A stretch of 64,000 nucleotides of DNA from Candidatus Latescibacterota bacterium (GCA_965203355.1 OZ241889.1:3072001-3136000), one strand, 5' to 3'. Counted from the first letter of the stretch, positions 1-10,146 are shown. Made by a program: numbers and translations. The notes: a model not told the origin generated them from the sequence alone.

Positions 1-681
1 TTCCTCTAAAATGCTCTGATAGACCGCGTCGATGGTCAGCATCAGGTCGCGGCCGTGCTTTGGCTCTTGGCGTTGCTGTTGCCGCCCGGGGACTTGCTTG
101 CCCCGGGCATCAACGTAGGCCAATATCGACCCGTCTTTTTCGCTCAGCACGTCGTCGAAAGTCCGCTCAATCCCCTCTCGGCCTCTATTGTCGATGTTGG
201 TGTGCCCGATGAGTTGACCAGCCAGCGGCCCCAAAGGATACTGGCGGCGGGTCTCTGGATGTTGGGACACACCGGCGTACGCAACCTCGCCCACGTCCGC
301 GTCAGCCACCTGACGCGCCAGATAGACAAATTGCTTGCCCCCGCGCAGTTGGCGCTCGATGGATTCGGCCTGTTTATCGCTCAGGGACGCGAAGCGGGCG
401 GCTACGCGCTTGGGATCCTCAACCTGATCGGGATAGGCGTAAAACGACGTGGCTGGGACATCTACGGCCAAATAGTTGCCACGCCGATCGACGACCCGAC
501 CCCGGCTCGCTTTCAGCGTACGGTGCTCAAGGTACTGTGCATGGGCCTCGGCTCGGTAGGCCTCGTGCCTAAAGAACTGGATTTGGACGAGGCGCACAGA
601 CAGCCCCAACCACGCCACGGCACCCAAAACCACGACCCAGCGCAGCCGCCCCATGCCCTTATGTTGCACCCGTAGCCCCAT
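1..681 (-). CDS. ftsI: Peptidoglycan transpeptidase FtsI/PBP3, 5' part (runs off window start)
   Basis: Not in the ORF track. Manual translation from ATG at 681: MGLRVQHKGMGRLRWVVVLGAVAWLGLSVRLVQIQ...KASRGRVVDRRGNYLAVD, i.e. a TM helix plus the RGxIxDRxG motif. Follows ftsL with overlapping stop/start. Confidence 0.88.
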   Translation of the reverse strand, partial: MGLRVQHKGMGRLRWVVVLGAVAWLGLSVRLVQIQFFRHEAYRAEAHAQYLEHRTLKASRGRVVDRRGNYLAVDVPATSFYAYPDQVEDPKRVAARFASLSDKQAESIERQLRGGKQFVYLARQVADADVGEVAYAGVSQHPETRRQYPLGPLAGQLIGHTNIDNRGREGIERTFDDVLSEKDGSILAYVDARGKQVPGRQQQRQEPKHGRDLMLTIDAVYQSILEE

Positions 682-980
682 CAATCCCCTTCCCAATGGG
701 CCAGTGCGTCGCTCATGCCATCGACCGTTTTCGCGGGGTAGATCATGCCGAGCTGGCCAATGGCCACCTTCTCGATCAAGCCGGAGTTTTTCCGCGCCAC
801 GATGGCCGTCAACAGCTTGGTGCGCTCGCGGTCGAGTTCGACTAATTGGGCCTCAGCCTGGCTGATGCTACCGGCCACACTCGCCATTTCGACCTTTTGC
901 CAGACGTGGAACAGGGCCGCCCCAGCCATCATCCCGATGAGAATGCCCCATCTGACGCAGGAAACTCCGCCTTTGATCAT
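681..980 (-). CDS. ftsL: Cell division protein FtsL-like
   Basis: 99 aa, single TM plus coiled coil, ends ...IEKVAIGQLGMIYP; lies between rsmH and ftsI. Confidence 0.8.
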   Translation of the reverse strand: MIKGGVSCVRWGILIGMMAGAALFHVWQKVEMASVAGSISQAEAQLVELDRERTKLLTAIVARKNSGLIEKVAIGQLGMIYPAKTVDGMSDALAHWEGD

Positions 981-981
981 G

Positions 982-1908
982 TCAAGCTCCCCCAGTTTTT
1001 TCGTAAATCCTCAAAACAGCACTGCGCGCCCGCGCATTTTGCGCGACCTCGGCTGCACCCGCTCGCTGCAACTTGGGGCCCACTCGCTTGAACGACGGTT
1101 TCCGCCCGCACGTACAAACGGGTACGCGCGGCGGACAAATGCAGCCGCGCGCTAGCCCCGCTAAATGCTGCTTGACCAAGCGATCCTCCAAGGAGTGATA
1201 GGCCATCACCGCTAGCCGGCCGCCGGGCTTCAACTCCGTCTCTACCGCCGCCAACCCCGCCTGCAACTGCCCCAACTCGTCGTTGACGGCAATGCGCAGG
1301 GCTTGGAACACGCGCGCCAGCGTCTTGTTGAGCATCTGGGGCCGCGTGGCCGCTACGGCCTGCCGCAAAGCCTGCGTAGTAGTCAAGGGCGCGCGCCGTT
1401 GCTGCCGGCAGATCGAGCAGGCGATCCGCCGCGCGGCGCGCTCTTCCCCGTAGCGCACAATCAACTCGGCCAACTCGGCTTCGCCGCACGCGGCGATCAA
1501 TTCGGCCGCCGTTTGGCCAACTCCTGCATCCATTCGCATGTCGAGCGGCCCGTCGGCTCGATAGCTGAATCCCCGAGCCGGTGCGTCGATTTGATGCGAC
1601 GAAACCCCCAAGTCGAACAGGACGCCGCTCAACGGCCCGAGCCCCTCTTGCGACAACAACTGGCGCAATTCGGCAAAGCACCCCTGCCGCACGACGACCC
1701 GCGGATCGGCGGCCAACTTTGCTCGCACGGCCGCTACGGCCTCTTGATCGCGATCCACGGCCAGCAGCCGCCCTTGGGGGCTGAGCACCTGCAGCAAAGC
1801 CGAACTGTGGCCACCGCCGCCCGCGGTCGCATCCACGTACGTGCCGTCTGGATCGGCGACTAGCCCGACGATCACTTCCTCGACCATGACCGGAATGTGG
1901 TATGCCAT
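982..1908 (-). CDS. rsmH: 16S rRNA m4C1402 methyltransferase RsmH
   Basis: HIPVM, DATAGGGGHS, DLGVSSHQ, PLDMRMD, FQALRIAVNDEL, HSLEDR motifs. Confidence 0.97.
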   Translation of the reverse strand: MAYHIPVMVEEVIVGLVADPDGTYVDATAGGGGHSSALLQVLSPQGRLLAVDRDQEAVAAVRAKLAADPRVVVRQGCFAELRQLLSQEGLGPLSGVLFDLGVSSHQIDAPARGFSYRADGPLDMRMDAGVGQTAAELIAACGEAELAELIVRYGEERAARRIACSICRQQRRAPLTTTQALRQAVAATRPQMLNKTLARVFQALRIAVNDELGQLQAGLAAVETELKPGGRLAVMAYHSLEDRLVKQHLAGLARGCICPPRVPVCTCGRKPSFKRVGPKLQRAGAAEVAQNARARSAVLRIYEKTGGA

Positions 1909-1918
1909 AGTACATATT

Positions 1919-2362
1919 TTAACGGTCTATTTCAGAGTCTGCTAAACTATCGGCGAGATCTTCCATCGGCGGGAAATCCTCGCTGTTTTCCGGGCTCCAA
2001 AATTCCAATTTGTCCAACATGCCGATGATGACCATTTGATTGGTGATGCCGGCCTTGTCCAGCAGTTTGCGCGGGATGCCGGTCCGTCCCTGCCGGTCTA
2101 ACTTTACTTCGGCCGCATGCGAAACCATAGAGCGAATGAAGGCCCGCACCTCGCGTTTAGTCGTCGGCAGACGCAAGAGTTGTTCGGCTTTCGCTTCCCA
2201 TTCGGTCCAAGAATAGGCCACCAAGCAGTTGTCGAATCCGCGCATTACCACCAGCGTGTCGGGCGCTTCGGGCGGCAGTTTCTTGCGGAACTCCGCTGGC
2301 ACGAAAATTCGCCCCTTGTCATCGACGGGAACCTCGTATCTACCAGTGAAAAACTGCGCCAT
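1919..2362 (-). CDS. mraZ: Transcriptional regulator MraZ
   Basis: Two DxKGR/DxQGR repeats (VDDKGRIFVP, LDRQGRTGIP); first gene of the dcw cluster. Confidence 0.95.
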   Translation of the reverse strand: MAQFFTGRYEVPVDDKGRIFVPAEFRKKLPPEAPDTLVVMRGFDNCLVAYSWTEWEAKAEQLLRLPTTKREVRAFIRSMVSHAAEVKLDRQGRTGIPRKLLDKAGITNQMVIIGMLDKLEFWSPENSEDFPPMEDLADSLADSEIDR

Positions 2363-2392
2363 CTTAATGCCCACGCTAGGCTAAAATCTCTG

Positions 2393-2422
2393 TTACACCC
2401 TTTTCCACCACTACACTCCACA
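2393..2422 (-). promoter_or_regulatory. Putative MraZ operator (direct repeats at 10-bp spacing)
   Basis: Minus strand reads GTGGAGtgtaGTGGTGgaaaAGGGTG just upstream of mraZ, resembling GTGG-type MraZ boxes. Confidence 0.6.
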
Positions 2423-2590
2423 ACCCAAGAATATGCCCATCTTAACAGGAAGTCAAGCACGGATTTCCTGTTGTTTTCTAAGTAGATACGTCTATTTCAA
2501 AGTAAATCACACTTATTAGTGTAAATAAGAACACAAATCAGTGTATTACTCTACTCTCTTTAATCACACCTATCAGTGTTATATTCACAT

Positions 2591-2632
2591 ACAAAAAGGG
2601 GTTGAACCGTGTGTGGTCCAACCCCTTTTTGT
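2591..2632. terminator. Bidirectional intrinsic terminator downstream of trmB
   Basis: ACAAAAAGGGGTTG...CAACCCCTTTTTGT inverted repeat with A and T tails. Confidence 0.8.
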
Positions 2633-2645
2633 ACATCAGATGCCT

Positions 2646-3248
2646 TTACAGCGATATTTTTTTAACGACGCGGCGGTAGATTGGCCGACCTTCAGCGAGA
2701 AACTTGTCTTCGTAATTGGTCCGCACTCCCAACCACTCGACATCCGCCTCCAGCAAACACGAGCTGGTTGCCAATGCGGCGAGCATGATCGCGAAATAGT
2801 CGGCGCAATCCGTCGCTAGCCACAATTGGCCACCCACGCACAACGTGCGCTCGACTTCACGTAGAAACTCCTCGTTAAACAACCGCCGCTTGTGGTGCCG
2901 CTTCTTGGGCCAAGGATCGGGAAAGTACATGTGATAAGCCTGCACCGAGGCCGAGGCCACGAAGAATTCGACGAATTCCCGCGCATCTACGTGCGCGAAT
3001 CGCACGTTGCCGAGATTGCGGCGCCCGGCGCGCTGCTGGGCAATGCGTGCGTATTTGACCGCCCATTCGACTCCGACGAAATTCACGGCGGGCTGGCGGC
3101 GGGCCGCGTCCATAATAAAGCGCCCTTTGCCAATGCCGATTTCGACCTCCACCGGCTGATCGTTGCCAAAAACCTCCCGCCAATTCAACGTCGGATCTTG
3201 GTCTGGGTTATCCGGCAACGCCAAAAAACCCGCCCCGGTCTGCTCCAT
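2646..3248 (-). CDS. trmB: tRNA (guanine-N7)-methyltransferase
   Basis: EIGIGKG, FPDPWPKKRHHKRR, ATD and TNYEDKF motifs. Confidence 0.95.
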   Translation of the reverse strand: MEQTGAGFLALPDNPDQDPTLNWREVFGNDQPVEVEIGIGKGRFIMDAARRQPAVNFVGVEWAVKYARIAQQRAGRRNLGNVRFAHVDAREFVEFFVASASVQAYHMYFPDPWPKKRHHKRRLFNEEFLREVERTLCVGGQLWLATDCADYFAIMLAALATSSCLLEADVEWLGVRTNYEDKFLAEGRPIYRRVVKKISL

Positions 3249-3323
3249 CAAATTCTCCCTAAAGAAAAGGCGCTCCCCTAGGTAGCGGGGGAGCACCTTA
3301 CAAACAACACTGCGAGTCGCCGC

Positions 3324-4511
3324 TTAACCGGCAGCCTCACTGTGCGAAGGCAAGCCGCAAAACTGCTCGTAGTCAATCAACTCAGTGACGGTCGGGTCGT
3401 CGCCGCACACCGGGCACTCCCGGTCGCGCCGGAGCTTGAGTTCGCGGAATTTCATCTCTAGTGCGTCGTAGAGCAACACCCGCCCCACCAAGGAAGTTCC
3501 CTGCCCCAACAGCAACTTGACGACCTCGGTGGCCTGCATCAGCCCGATGATGCCGGGCAAGACGCCCAAGACCCCGCCCTCGGCGCAACTGGGTACCTCC
3601 CCGGGCGGTGGCGGCTCGGGATAGAGGCAGCGATAGCACGGACCGTCCCCGGGCGCGTACACGGTGGCCTGGCCTTCAAAGCGAAAAATACTGCCGTCCA
3701 CCACGGTTTTTTTCTGCATGACGGCCGCGTCGTTGACCAAATAGCGGGTCGGGAAGTTGTCGCAGCCATTGACCACAAGGTCGTAGCCGTCCATGACCTC
3801 AAAGATATTGTGCGACGTCAACATTTCGTAGTGTGGGTGTATCTCAATGCCGGGGTTGATGTCGAGCAAGCGGTCGCGGGCGGCTTCGACCTTGGGCCGA
3901 CCGACATCGGACTCGCCAAACAGCACTTGCCGCTGCAAGTTGCTCTTATCGACGACATCGGCATCGACCAAGCCGATCTTGCCGACGCCGGCCGCGGCCA
4001 AGTACAGGGCCGTCGGACAACCCAAACCACCGGCCCCCACCAGCAACACCCGGCCCTTGAGCAACTGCTGTTGCCCCTGCTCACCGACTTCGGGCAGGAT
4101 CAGATGCCGGGCGTAGCGCTGCAAGTCTTCTTCGGAAAGCAGGCCCCCTTGCTCAATTGCATAGCCAGCGTCCTTCCAGCCTTTGATGCCGCCGATCATG
4201 GACTTGGCATTGGCGTAGCCCATAAAAGCCAAATCGCGCACGGCCAAGGCCGAGCGGTTGCCCCCAGCGCAATAGAGCACGATTTCCGCGCCGCGATCTA
4301 CGGTCACGTCTTCTTCGATGTTGAGCTCCAAAAAACCGCGTGGGATCAACTCGGCCCCGGGTATATAGCCGTCCATGACTTCTTCCCGCTCGCGCACATC
4401 TATGACGTGCATCGATCGGCCCGCTTGGAGGGCTTCTTTAACTTCGGCTGGCGTCACTTCGGCGATTTCGGCTTTTACGCGCGCTAACAGCTGATTGGAT
4501 GTAACAGTCAT
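3324..4511 (-). CDS. moeB: Rhodanese + ThiF/MoeB adenylyltransferase (MoeZ-like, N-terminal rhodanese)
   Basis: YCAGGNRS rhodanese loop; RYARHL, GAGGLG, SNLQRQ, CYRC...CPVC. Confidence 0.9.
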   Translation of the reverse strand: MTVTSNQLLARVKAEIAEVTPAEVKEALQAGRSMHVIDVREREEVMDGYIPGAELIPRGFLELNIEEDVTVDRGAEIVLYCAGGNRSALAVRDLAFMGYANAKSMIGGIKGWKDAGYAIEQGGLLSEEDLQRYARHLILPEVGEQGQQQLLKGRVLLVGAGGLGCPTALYLAAAGVGKIGLVDADVVDKSNLQRQVLFGESDVGRPKVEAARDRLLDINPGIEIHPHYEMLTSHNIFEVMDGYDLVVNGCDNFPTRYLVNDAAVMQKKTVVDGSIFRFEGQATVYAPGDGPCYRCLYPEPPPPGEVPSCAEGGVLGVLPGIIGLMQATEVVKLLLGQGTSLVGRVLLYDALEMKFRELKLRRDRECPVCGDDPTVTELIDYEQFCGLPSHSEAAG

Positions 4512-5680
4512 ACGCTCTCCTCGATTGCTAATGCACCGTCGCGCAAGCGCTCGACCTGCGCGACTGTGCGGTCAATGGCAAATTCCACTTCGGCCATAGT
4601 ATTAAAACGCCCTAACCCAAAGCGCAGCGAAGCCCTCGCCAAATCATCGCTTGCGCCGATGGCTTTGAGGACGTGTGAAGGGGCACTCGTCCGCGACGAA
4701 CAGGCCGCACCCGAAGATAGTGCGATCTCGCGCAACCCCAACAGCAGTTCGGTTCCATCCACGGCGGGAAAGCTCACGTTGAGGTTGCCCGGCAAGCGCT
4801 CTTCTGCGTGGCCATTGACGACTAAGGGACCGAGCGCGTCCTCCAACCCAGCGCACAACCGCCGCCGCATTTGCACCAAGCGCGCCGCTTCCTCGGCCAT
4901 CTCCTCACGCCCCAACTGACAGGCGCGTCCTAAACCGACGATGCCCGGCACATTGAGCGTGCCGCCGCGCAGGCCGCGTTCCTGCCCGCCGCCCTCGACT
5001 TGGGCCTGCAAGCGGACGCGCGGCTTGCGCGAGCGCACGTAGAGGAAGCCGACGCCCTTGGGAGCGTAGAGTTTGTGGCCGGAAGCCGAGAGCAGATCTA
5101 TGCCCAGTGCTTCCACATCAAGCGGCATCTTACCAACCGCTTGGGCGGCGTCGCAGTGCCACAAGACGCCGCGCGCACGCGCCAATCGCCCAATCGCCGC
5201 CAGCGGCTGCAAGACCCCAATCTCGTTGTTAGCTGCCATGAGCGAGATGAGGGCCGTCTGCGGAGTGATGGCCGCTGCGAGTTGGTCGAGGTCAATCTGA
5301 CCGTAGCGGTCCACAGGTAAATAAGTCACCGCTACCCCTTGCTGCTCTAAGGTATGGCAACACTCCAAGACGGCCTTGTGCTCAATGGCACAAGTGACGA
5401 TGTGCGCTCCAAGAGGGACCTGCTGAATCGCGCCTTTGATGGCCAAATTGTTGGCCTCTGTAGCTCCGGACGTAAAGACGATCTCCTGAGCGCACGCGCC
5501 GATCAATCCGGCCACCTGTTCTCGCGCCTTTTCGACCGCGTCAGCGGCGGCCAAACCAAAGGCGTGGGTCTTGCTAGACGCATTGCCGAAATGCGTACCA
5601 AAGTAAGGCAACAGGTCCGCCAAGACGCGCGGGTCCACCGGCGTGGTGGCCATGTTGTCCATATAGACCGGAACTTGCAC
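4508..5680 (-). CDS. iscS: Cysteine desulfurase IscS/NifS family
   Basis: YMDNMATTP, FTSGATEANN, SGHKLYAPKG, SSGAACSS; start codon approximate. Confidence 0.93.
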   Translation of the reverse strand: MQVPVYMDNMATTPVDPRVLADLLPYFGTHFGNASSKTHAFGLAAADAVEKAREQVAGLIGACAQEIVFTSGATEANNLAIKGAIQQVPLGAHIVTCAIEHKAVLECCHTLEQQGVAVTYLPVDRYGQIDLDQLAAAITPQTALISLMAANNEIGVLQPLAAIGRLARARGVLWHCDAAQAVGKMPLDVEALGIDLLSASGHKLYAPKGVGFLYVRSRKPRVRLQAQVEGGGQERGLRGGTLNVPGIVGLGRACQLGREEMAEEAARLVQMRRRLCAGLEDALGPLVVNGHAEERLPGNLNVSFPAVDGTELLLGLREIALSSGAACSSRTSAPSHVLKAIGASDDLARASLRFGLGRFNTMAEVEFAIDRTVAQVERLRDGALAIEESV

Positions 5681-5690
5681 AGCGCGTCGC

Positions 5691-6014
5691 TCAGGCACTG
5701 AAGGACTCACCGCATCCGCAGGTGGTGCGGGCGTTGGGGTTTTCGATCTTAAAGCCTGTCCCCATCAACCCGTCGTGGTAGTCGAGGGTGACGCCGTTGA
5801 GATAAAGGCTGCTCTTCATGTCGATGAAAACCTTGACGCCGGCGATTTCAAAGACGTGGTCCATGTCGCCGGCACTTTCCTCGAAATCGAGCTTGTACTG
5901 GAACCCCGAACACCCTCCACCCATCACGCCCAGGCGCAGCCCATGCCCCTCGTTGCCCTGTTCGCCGAGCAAGCCCTTGATCTTTTGGGCTGCCGCTTCC
6001 GTTATAGTTACCAT
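5691..6014 (-). CDS. iscA: A-type Fe-S carrier (IscA/ErpA/HesB)
   Basis: GGGCSGFQY and CGCGESF motifs. Confidence 0.93.
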   Translation of the reverse strand: MVTITEAAAQKIKGLLGEQGNEGHGLRLGVMGGGCSGFQYKLDFEESAGDMDHVFEIAGVKVFIDMKSSLYLNGVTLDYHDGLMGTGFKIENPNARTTCGCGESFSA

Positions 6015-6022
6015 GTTTCCTC

Positions 6023-6484
6023 TCAAGATTCGTAAATGGCGCACTCTATGATGTCGGGCACCTCGTCGTGCCGCCGATAGACCTCGCAGTGGTGACAATC
6101 CCGCTCAATGACCTTGACCGCACAGCCAAAACAGCCACTGAGAATCTCAATGGCCCGTCGGTTCCGCTTCTTCATAAGCGAATACTGGCGAATGCGCTCG
6201 TCGATCCGACGCTCTTGCTCGGTGAGGTACTCGACCAACTCTCGCGCCAAGCCGCCGCCCGACTCATTGCCGTGCTTCAGATTGAAAAACACGCGGATGT
6301 GCTCTAGTTCAAAGCCCAAATCCTTGAGGCTTTGGACGATTTGCAAGCGGCGCAACTGCGCTTCCGAGTACAGACGAAACCCGCCGGCGGTGCGCTCATC
6401 TGGCTCGACGATTCCCAGTTCTTCATAGTAGCGAATCGTGCGCGGTGTGACCCCGGCCTTGGCGGCCAAATCCCCTATTTGCAT
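6023..6484 (-). CDS. MerR-family regulator with Cys-rich C-terminus
   Basis: IGDLA...RTIRYYEELG...GGFRLY HTH; C-terminal CFGC-x8-CHHC. Confidence 0.9.
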   Translation of the reverse strand: MQIGDLAAKAGVTPRTIRYYEELGIVEPDERTAGGFRLYSEAQLRRLQIVQSLKDLGFELEHIRVFFNLKHGNESGGGLARELVEYLTEQERRIDERIRQYSLMKKRNRRAIEILSGCFGCAVKVIERDCHHCEVYRRHDEVPDIIECAIYES

Positions 6485-6517
6485 GGAGACATCTTTCGCT
6501 GCGAGGTGGTGGCAAGC

Positions 6518-6546
6518 AATGTACTTGACGTGAACGTAAGTGTCAA
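6518..6546 (-). promoter_or_regulatory. Sigma70 promoter with overlapping dyad (putative MerR operator)
   Basis: Minus strand TTGACA-cttacgttcacgtcaag(17)-TACATT; dyad TTGAC-N12-GTCAA. Confidence 0.7.
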
Positions 6547-6801
6547 CGCATCGACCCCGTAGAGCTTATTGTGTATAGAAGGTACAAGATAGGTTAAACC
6601 AACATCTCCGAAAGCCCGGAGAGATACGCGCAATGACCGCACACATTGCATTCTGTACTCTGACAGTCCAGCACTTCGACACGCATAGTCGTCGGCATCT
6701 GTCGCCCAGCCCCAATGATTCTCCGCCTCCCAAGTCATCAAAGGGTCGGCGATCGCGCAACTGGAATTGCACCGGCCCGGCGGACCGCTGCGACGAAGAT
6801 G

Positions 6802-7755
6802 TTACCCTTGCGCTGATGCTACTGATTCGATAAACCCATCGACGCTGAAATAGCGGAACCCCGTATCGCAGAGCATGGTCACTAGCCGGGCTGCTGGGCC
6901 CAGCTCGCTAGCCACCTGCAAACTGGCCGCCACATTGGCCCCGGACGAAGGCCCCAACAGCAACCCTTCCTCGCGGGCCAAGCGGCGGGTGTAGTGAAAA
7001 GCCTCGTCGTCGTCTATCTGCACGATCTGGTCGAGCAATGCTCGGTTGAGGACTTTGGGCACAAGCCCCGCGCCAATCCCCTGAATGCCGTGCAAATCGG
7101 CTGCGCCCCCGGACAGCACGGGCGAGCGCTTAGGCTCGACCGCTACTACGCGCACATTGGGCACGGCCTGCTTGAGCACGTCCCCAACGCCCGTGATGGT
7201 GCCGCCAGTCCCCACCCCGGCGACAAAGGCGTCTAATTCGCCTCCAGTGGCGGCGAGAATCTCCGCGGCCGTGGTGCGGCGGTGGGCTTCGGGGTTGGCC
7301 ACGTTGGCAAATTGCTGGGGAATAAACACGCCCTCGGGATCGGCGGCCTTAAGTTCTTCGGCCCGGCGAATGGCCCCGGGCATGTCGGCGGCCGCGGGCG
7401 TCAGCACAATCTCTGCGCCGTAGCTGGCCATGACTTGTCGCCGCTCCAAGCTCATGCTCTCGGGCATGGTCAACACCAGCCGGTAGCCCAAGACGGCCGC
7501 GGTCAACGCCAGCGCAATCCCGGTATTGCCGCTGGTAGGTTCGACGATGGTCATGCCCTTTTTGAGTTGGCCCGTTGCCTCGGCGGCGCGGATCATGCTA
7601 ACGCCGATGCGGTCTTTGACGCTGCCGGTTGGATTGCGTGCTTCGAGTTTGCCGTAGAGTTGGCTGCCGTTGGCCGGCGCGACGCGGTAGAGGTGCACGA
7701 GCGGCGTGTCCCCCACCAACTGCAACATGTCGTCTGCGGTCTTGCGCTTGCTCAT
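6802..7755 (-). CDS. cysK: Cysteine synthase A
   Basis: NPTGSVKDR, EPTSGNTG, GVGTGGT, IQGIGAG motifs. Confidence 0.95.
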   Translation of the reverse strand: MSKRKTADDMLQLVGDTPLVHLYRVAPANGSQLYGKLEARNPTGSVKDRIGVSMIRAAEATGQLKKGMTIVEPTSGNTGIALALTAAVLGYRLVLTMPESMSLERRQVMASYGAEIVLTPAAADMPGAIRRAEELKAADPEGVFIPQQFANVANPEAHRRTTAAEILAATGGELDAFVAGVGTGGTITGVGDVLKQAVPNVRVVAVEPKRSPVLSGGAADLHGIQGIGAGLVPKVLNRALLDQIVQIDDDEAFHYTRRLAREEGLLLGPSSGANVAASLQVASELGPAARLVTMLCDTGFRYFSVDGFIESVASAQG

Positions 7756-9812
7756 GCCTCGGCCTTCAACTGTTCGACTAAGTCCGCAGCCGTTGACAAA
7801 GGCCGCGAACAGGTCTCGTCGCGGCACACGTACGCTCGTCCACCCACGGACAGCTTCCCCGCCAACAGCGGTAACGCCGCCGCGTCTTCATCGGCCCCAA
7901 CAGAAGCGGCCAACACGACCTTATTGGGCACAAAGCACCGATGCAGCGCAGCGGCAAAAGTGCGGCACTCATCTTGGTCTCCTACCAAGGCCACTTCGGT
8001 GGGCCTAGCCAAGTAGAAGTCGAGAGCGCAGAGCATTTGCGCTCCAGCGGCCGGAGCGCGGCGCAACAGCTGTTCGAAGAGGACGAGCGTTTGCTCGCCC
8101 TGCTGCCACAACGCCTGATCGCCCTTCATCGCCCCCAAGCGCAGCAGGGCCAAGGCACCCAACGAGTTGCCCGAGGGCGTGGCGTTGTCAAATGGGTTCT
8201 TGGTGCGCACGATCAAGTCAGTCGCCTCGGCTCCCGCATAGAAAAATCCCCCACGCGCCTCATCCCAAAACCGCGCAATCATCTCGCCGGCCCAGCGCTC
8301 GGCCGCGGCAAAGAAACGCAACTCGAAACTCGCCTCGTATAGGTCGAGCAGGCCGTTGACCAGACCGGCGTAATCGTCTTGGTAGGCCGGAATCCGCGCC
8401 CGACCATCCTTGTAGGTATGCAGGAGACAGCCATCGCAGACCATGCGCTTCAAGATGAAGTCAGCCGCCTCGACCGCCGCTCGCAGGTAGCGTGCGTCCC
8501 CAATAACCTGATAGGCGCGGGCCATTGCGCTGATCATCAGCCCGTTCCAAGCCGTCAGAATCTTGTCATCGCGCCCGGGGGCCACGCGCTCCTGCCGCGC
8601 CGCCAGCAGCACCGCGCAACCGCGCTCCACCACGTGCGACAGCCGCTCTGGCGTCACCCCGAGGGAGTGCGCGACACCCGCCAGCTCGTTTTCGACGTGC
8701 AAGATGTTGCGCCCGTGCTCGAAATTGCCCTCGGGCACAACGCCGTAATAGCGGGCGAATAGCGCAGCCTCTTCTTCGCCCAACAAATGCTCAATTTCCG
8801 CTAAAAGCCAGGTAAAAAACAGCCCTTCCTCGCCCTCGCTATCCGCGTCCTGCGCCGCATAGAAGCCGCCGCCGGGCTGGGTCATTTCGCGCAGCACATA
8901 GCCGAGGGTGTGCTCGACGACCTCGCGGTAGAATTCGCCTTGGGTCGCCTGATAGGCTTCGAGATACGTCCACACCAGCAAGGCGTTGTCGTAGAGCATT
9001 TTTTCAAAGTGGGGCACGAGCCAGCGCTCATCTACCGAATAGCGGTGAAAACCCCCGCCAAGCTGGTCGTACATCCCGCCCCTGGCCATGCGTTTGAGCG
9101 TGTGCTCGGCCATATCCAACGCCCGCTGGTCGCCGCGTCTAACATAGCGCCGCAACAGCAGCGACAAGCTCATGCTCGGCGGGAATTTGGGCGCGCCGCC
9201 AAATCCTCCGTATTGGGAGTCGTACGTGGATTTAAGCTGCACACAGGCCCGGTCGAGGACTTCTTCTCCGGGGACGCCACCCGGCGTCAAAAACTCGGCG
9301 TGTTGCTGGAGCGCACGCATCAGTTCGGCGGTTTTTTCGGCGACGCTAGCGCGGTTTTCCCGATAGTAATCCGCTATGGCTTGCAGCACCTTGGGAAAGC
9401 CCGGCCGGCCGTGGCGATCTTCGGGCGGAAAGTACGTCCCGCCGTAAAAAGGCTGCAAATCCGGCGTCAGGAACACCGTCATCGGCCAGCCCCCTTGGCC
9501 CGTCATGGACTGCACGGCCGTCATGTAAATCTCATCGACATCGGGCCGCTCCTCGCGATCGACCTTGATGTTGATAAAGTGCTCGTTCATGCGCTGGGCG
9601 ATTTGCTCGTTTTCAAAGGATTCGCGCTCCATGACGTGGCACCAATGACAGGCCGAATACCCCACCGAGAGCAAGATGGGCCGGTCGGCAGCCCGGGCCG
9701 CGGCCAGCGCTTCCGCGCCCCAAGGATACCAATCGACGGGATTGTGGGCGTGCTGGCGCAAGTACGGACTGGATTCGTCGGCGAGGCGGTTGGTGTGCTT
9801 GGAATCGGTCAT
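7752..9812 (-). CDS. Thioredoxin-domain protein (YyaL/SSP411/DUF255 family)
   Basis: NRLADESSPYLRQHAHNPVDW, CHWCHVMERESF, PHFEKMLYDNA. Confidence 0.93.
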   Translation of the reverse strand: MTDSKHTNRLADESSPYLRQHAHNPVDWYPWGAEALAAARAADRPILLSVGYSACHWCHVMERESFENEQIAQRMNEHFINIKVDREERPDVDEIYMTAVQSMTGQGGWPMTVFLTPDLQPFYGGTYFPPEDRHGRPGFPKVLQAIADYYRENRASVAEKTAELMRALQQHAEFLTPGGVPGEEVLDRACVQLKSTYDSQYGGFGGAPKFPPSMSLSLLLRRYVRRGDQRALDMAEHTLKRMARGGMYDQLGGGFHRYSVDERWLVPHFEKMLYDNALLVWTYLEAYQATQGEFYREVVEHTLGYVLREMTQPGGGFYAAQDADSEGEEGLFFTWLLAEIEHLLGEEEAALFARYYGVVPEGNFEHGRNILHVENELAGVAHSLGVTPERLSHVVERGCAVLLAARQERVAPGRDDKILTAWNGLMISAMARAYQVIGDARYLRAAVEAADFILKRMVCDGCLLHTYKDGRARIPAYQDDYAGLVNGLLDLYEASFELRFFAAAERWAGEMIARFWDEARGGFFYAGAEATDLIVRTKNPFDNATPSGNSLGALALLRLGAMKGDQALWQQGEQTLVLFEQLLRRAPAAGAQMLCALDFYLARPTEVALVGDQDECRTFAAALHRCFVPNKVVLAASVGADEDAAALPLLAGKLSVGGRAYVCRDETCSRPLSTAADLVEQLKAEA

Positions 9813-10054
9813 AATTATAAATAATACGATGCGCCGGGCATTGGCGACAGCGCTAACGACGCCCGCAAACGGGCGCTCCAAGTCCAAACCAACGGCGCAC
9901 CTGCTGGGGGTGTACAGTGCTGCGCTAGCAGCTTCGCGTTTCCTCTGTTACTCATTAGTGTATCCCGTTGGGGGCAATAGCCGCTTATGGCGGCTCATCA
10001 GACAACCGACATAACAAATTGCCGAACAAACCATTGGGCACTCAAACCAATCGC

Positions 10055-10070
10055 TGGCACACTTTCTGCT
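10055..10070 (+). promoter_or_regulatory. Putative sigma54 -24/-12 promoter for ssb
   Basis: TGGCACACTTTCTGCT (GG-N10-GC) about 77 bp upstream of ssb. Confidence 0.55.
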
Positions 10071-10146
10071 AACACCCTAGACACGCGGTTCGCTGACGGA
10101 CTGCTCACTCATTCATTTATGCTCATCTATCAGCAGGAGGATACCC

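Noticed and set aside
55-675. 206-aa plus-strand ORF and the many other antisense ORFs
   Set aside because: Shadow frames of real genes in high-GC DNA (here ftsI on the minus strand).
3324-4511. MoeB as part of the ubiquitination-like system
   Set aside because: Rhodanese fusion and iscS context indicate a sulfur relay; the defence operon has its own E1.
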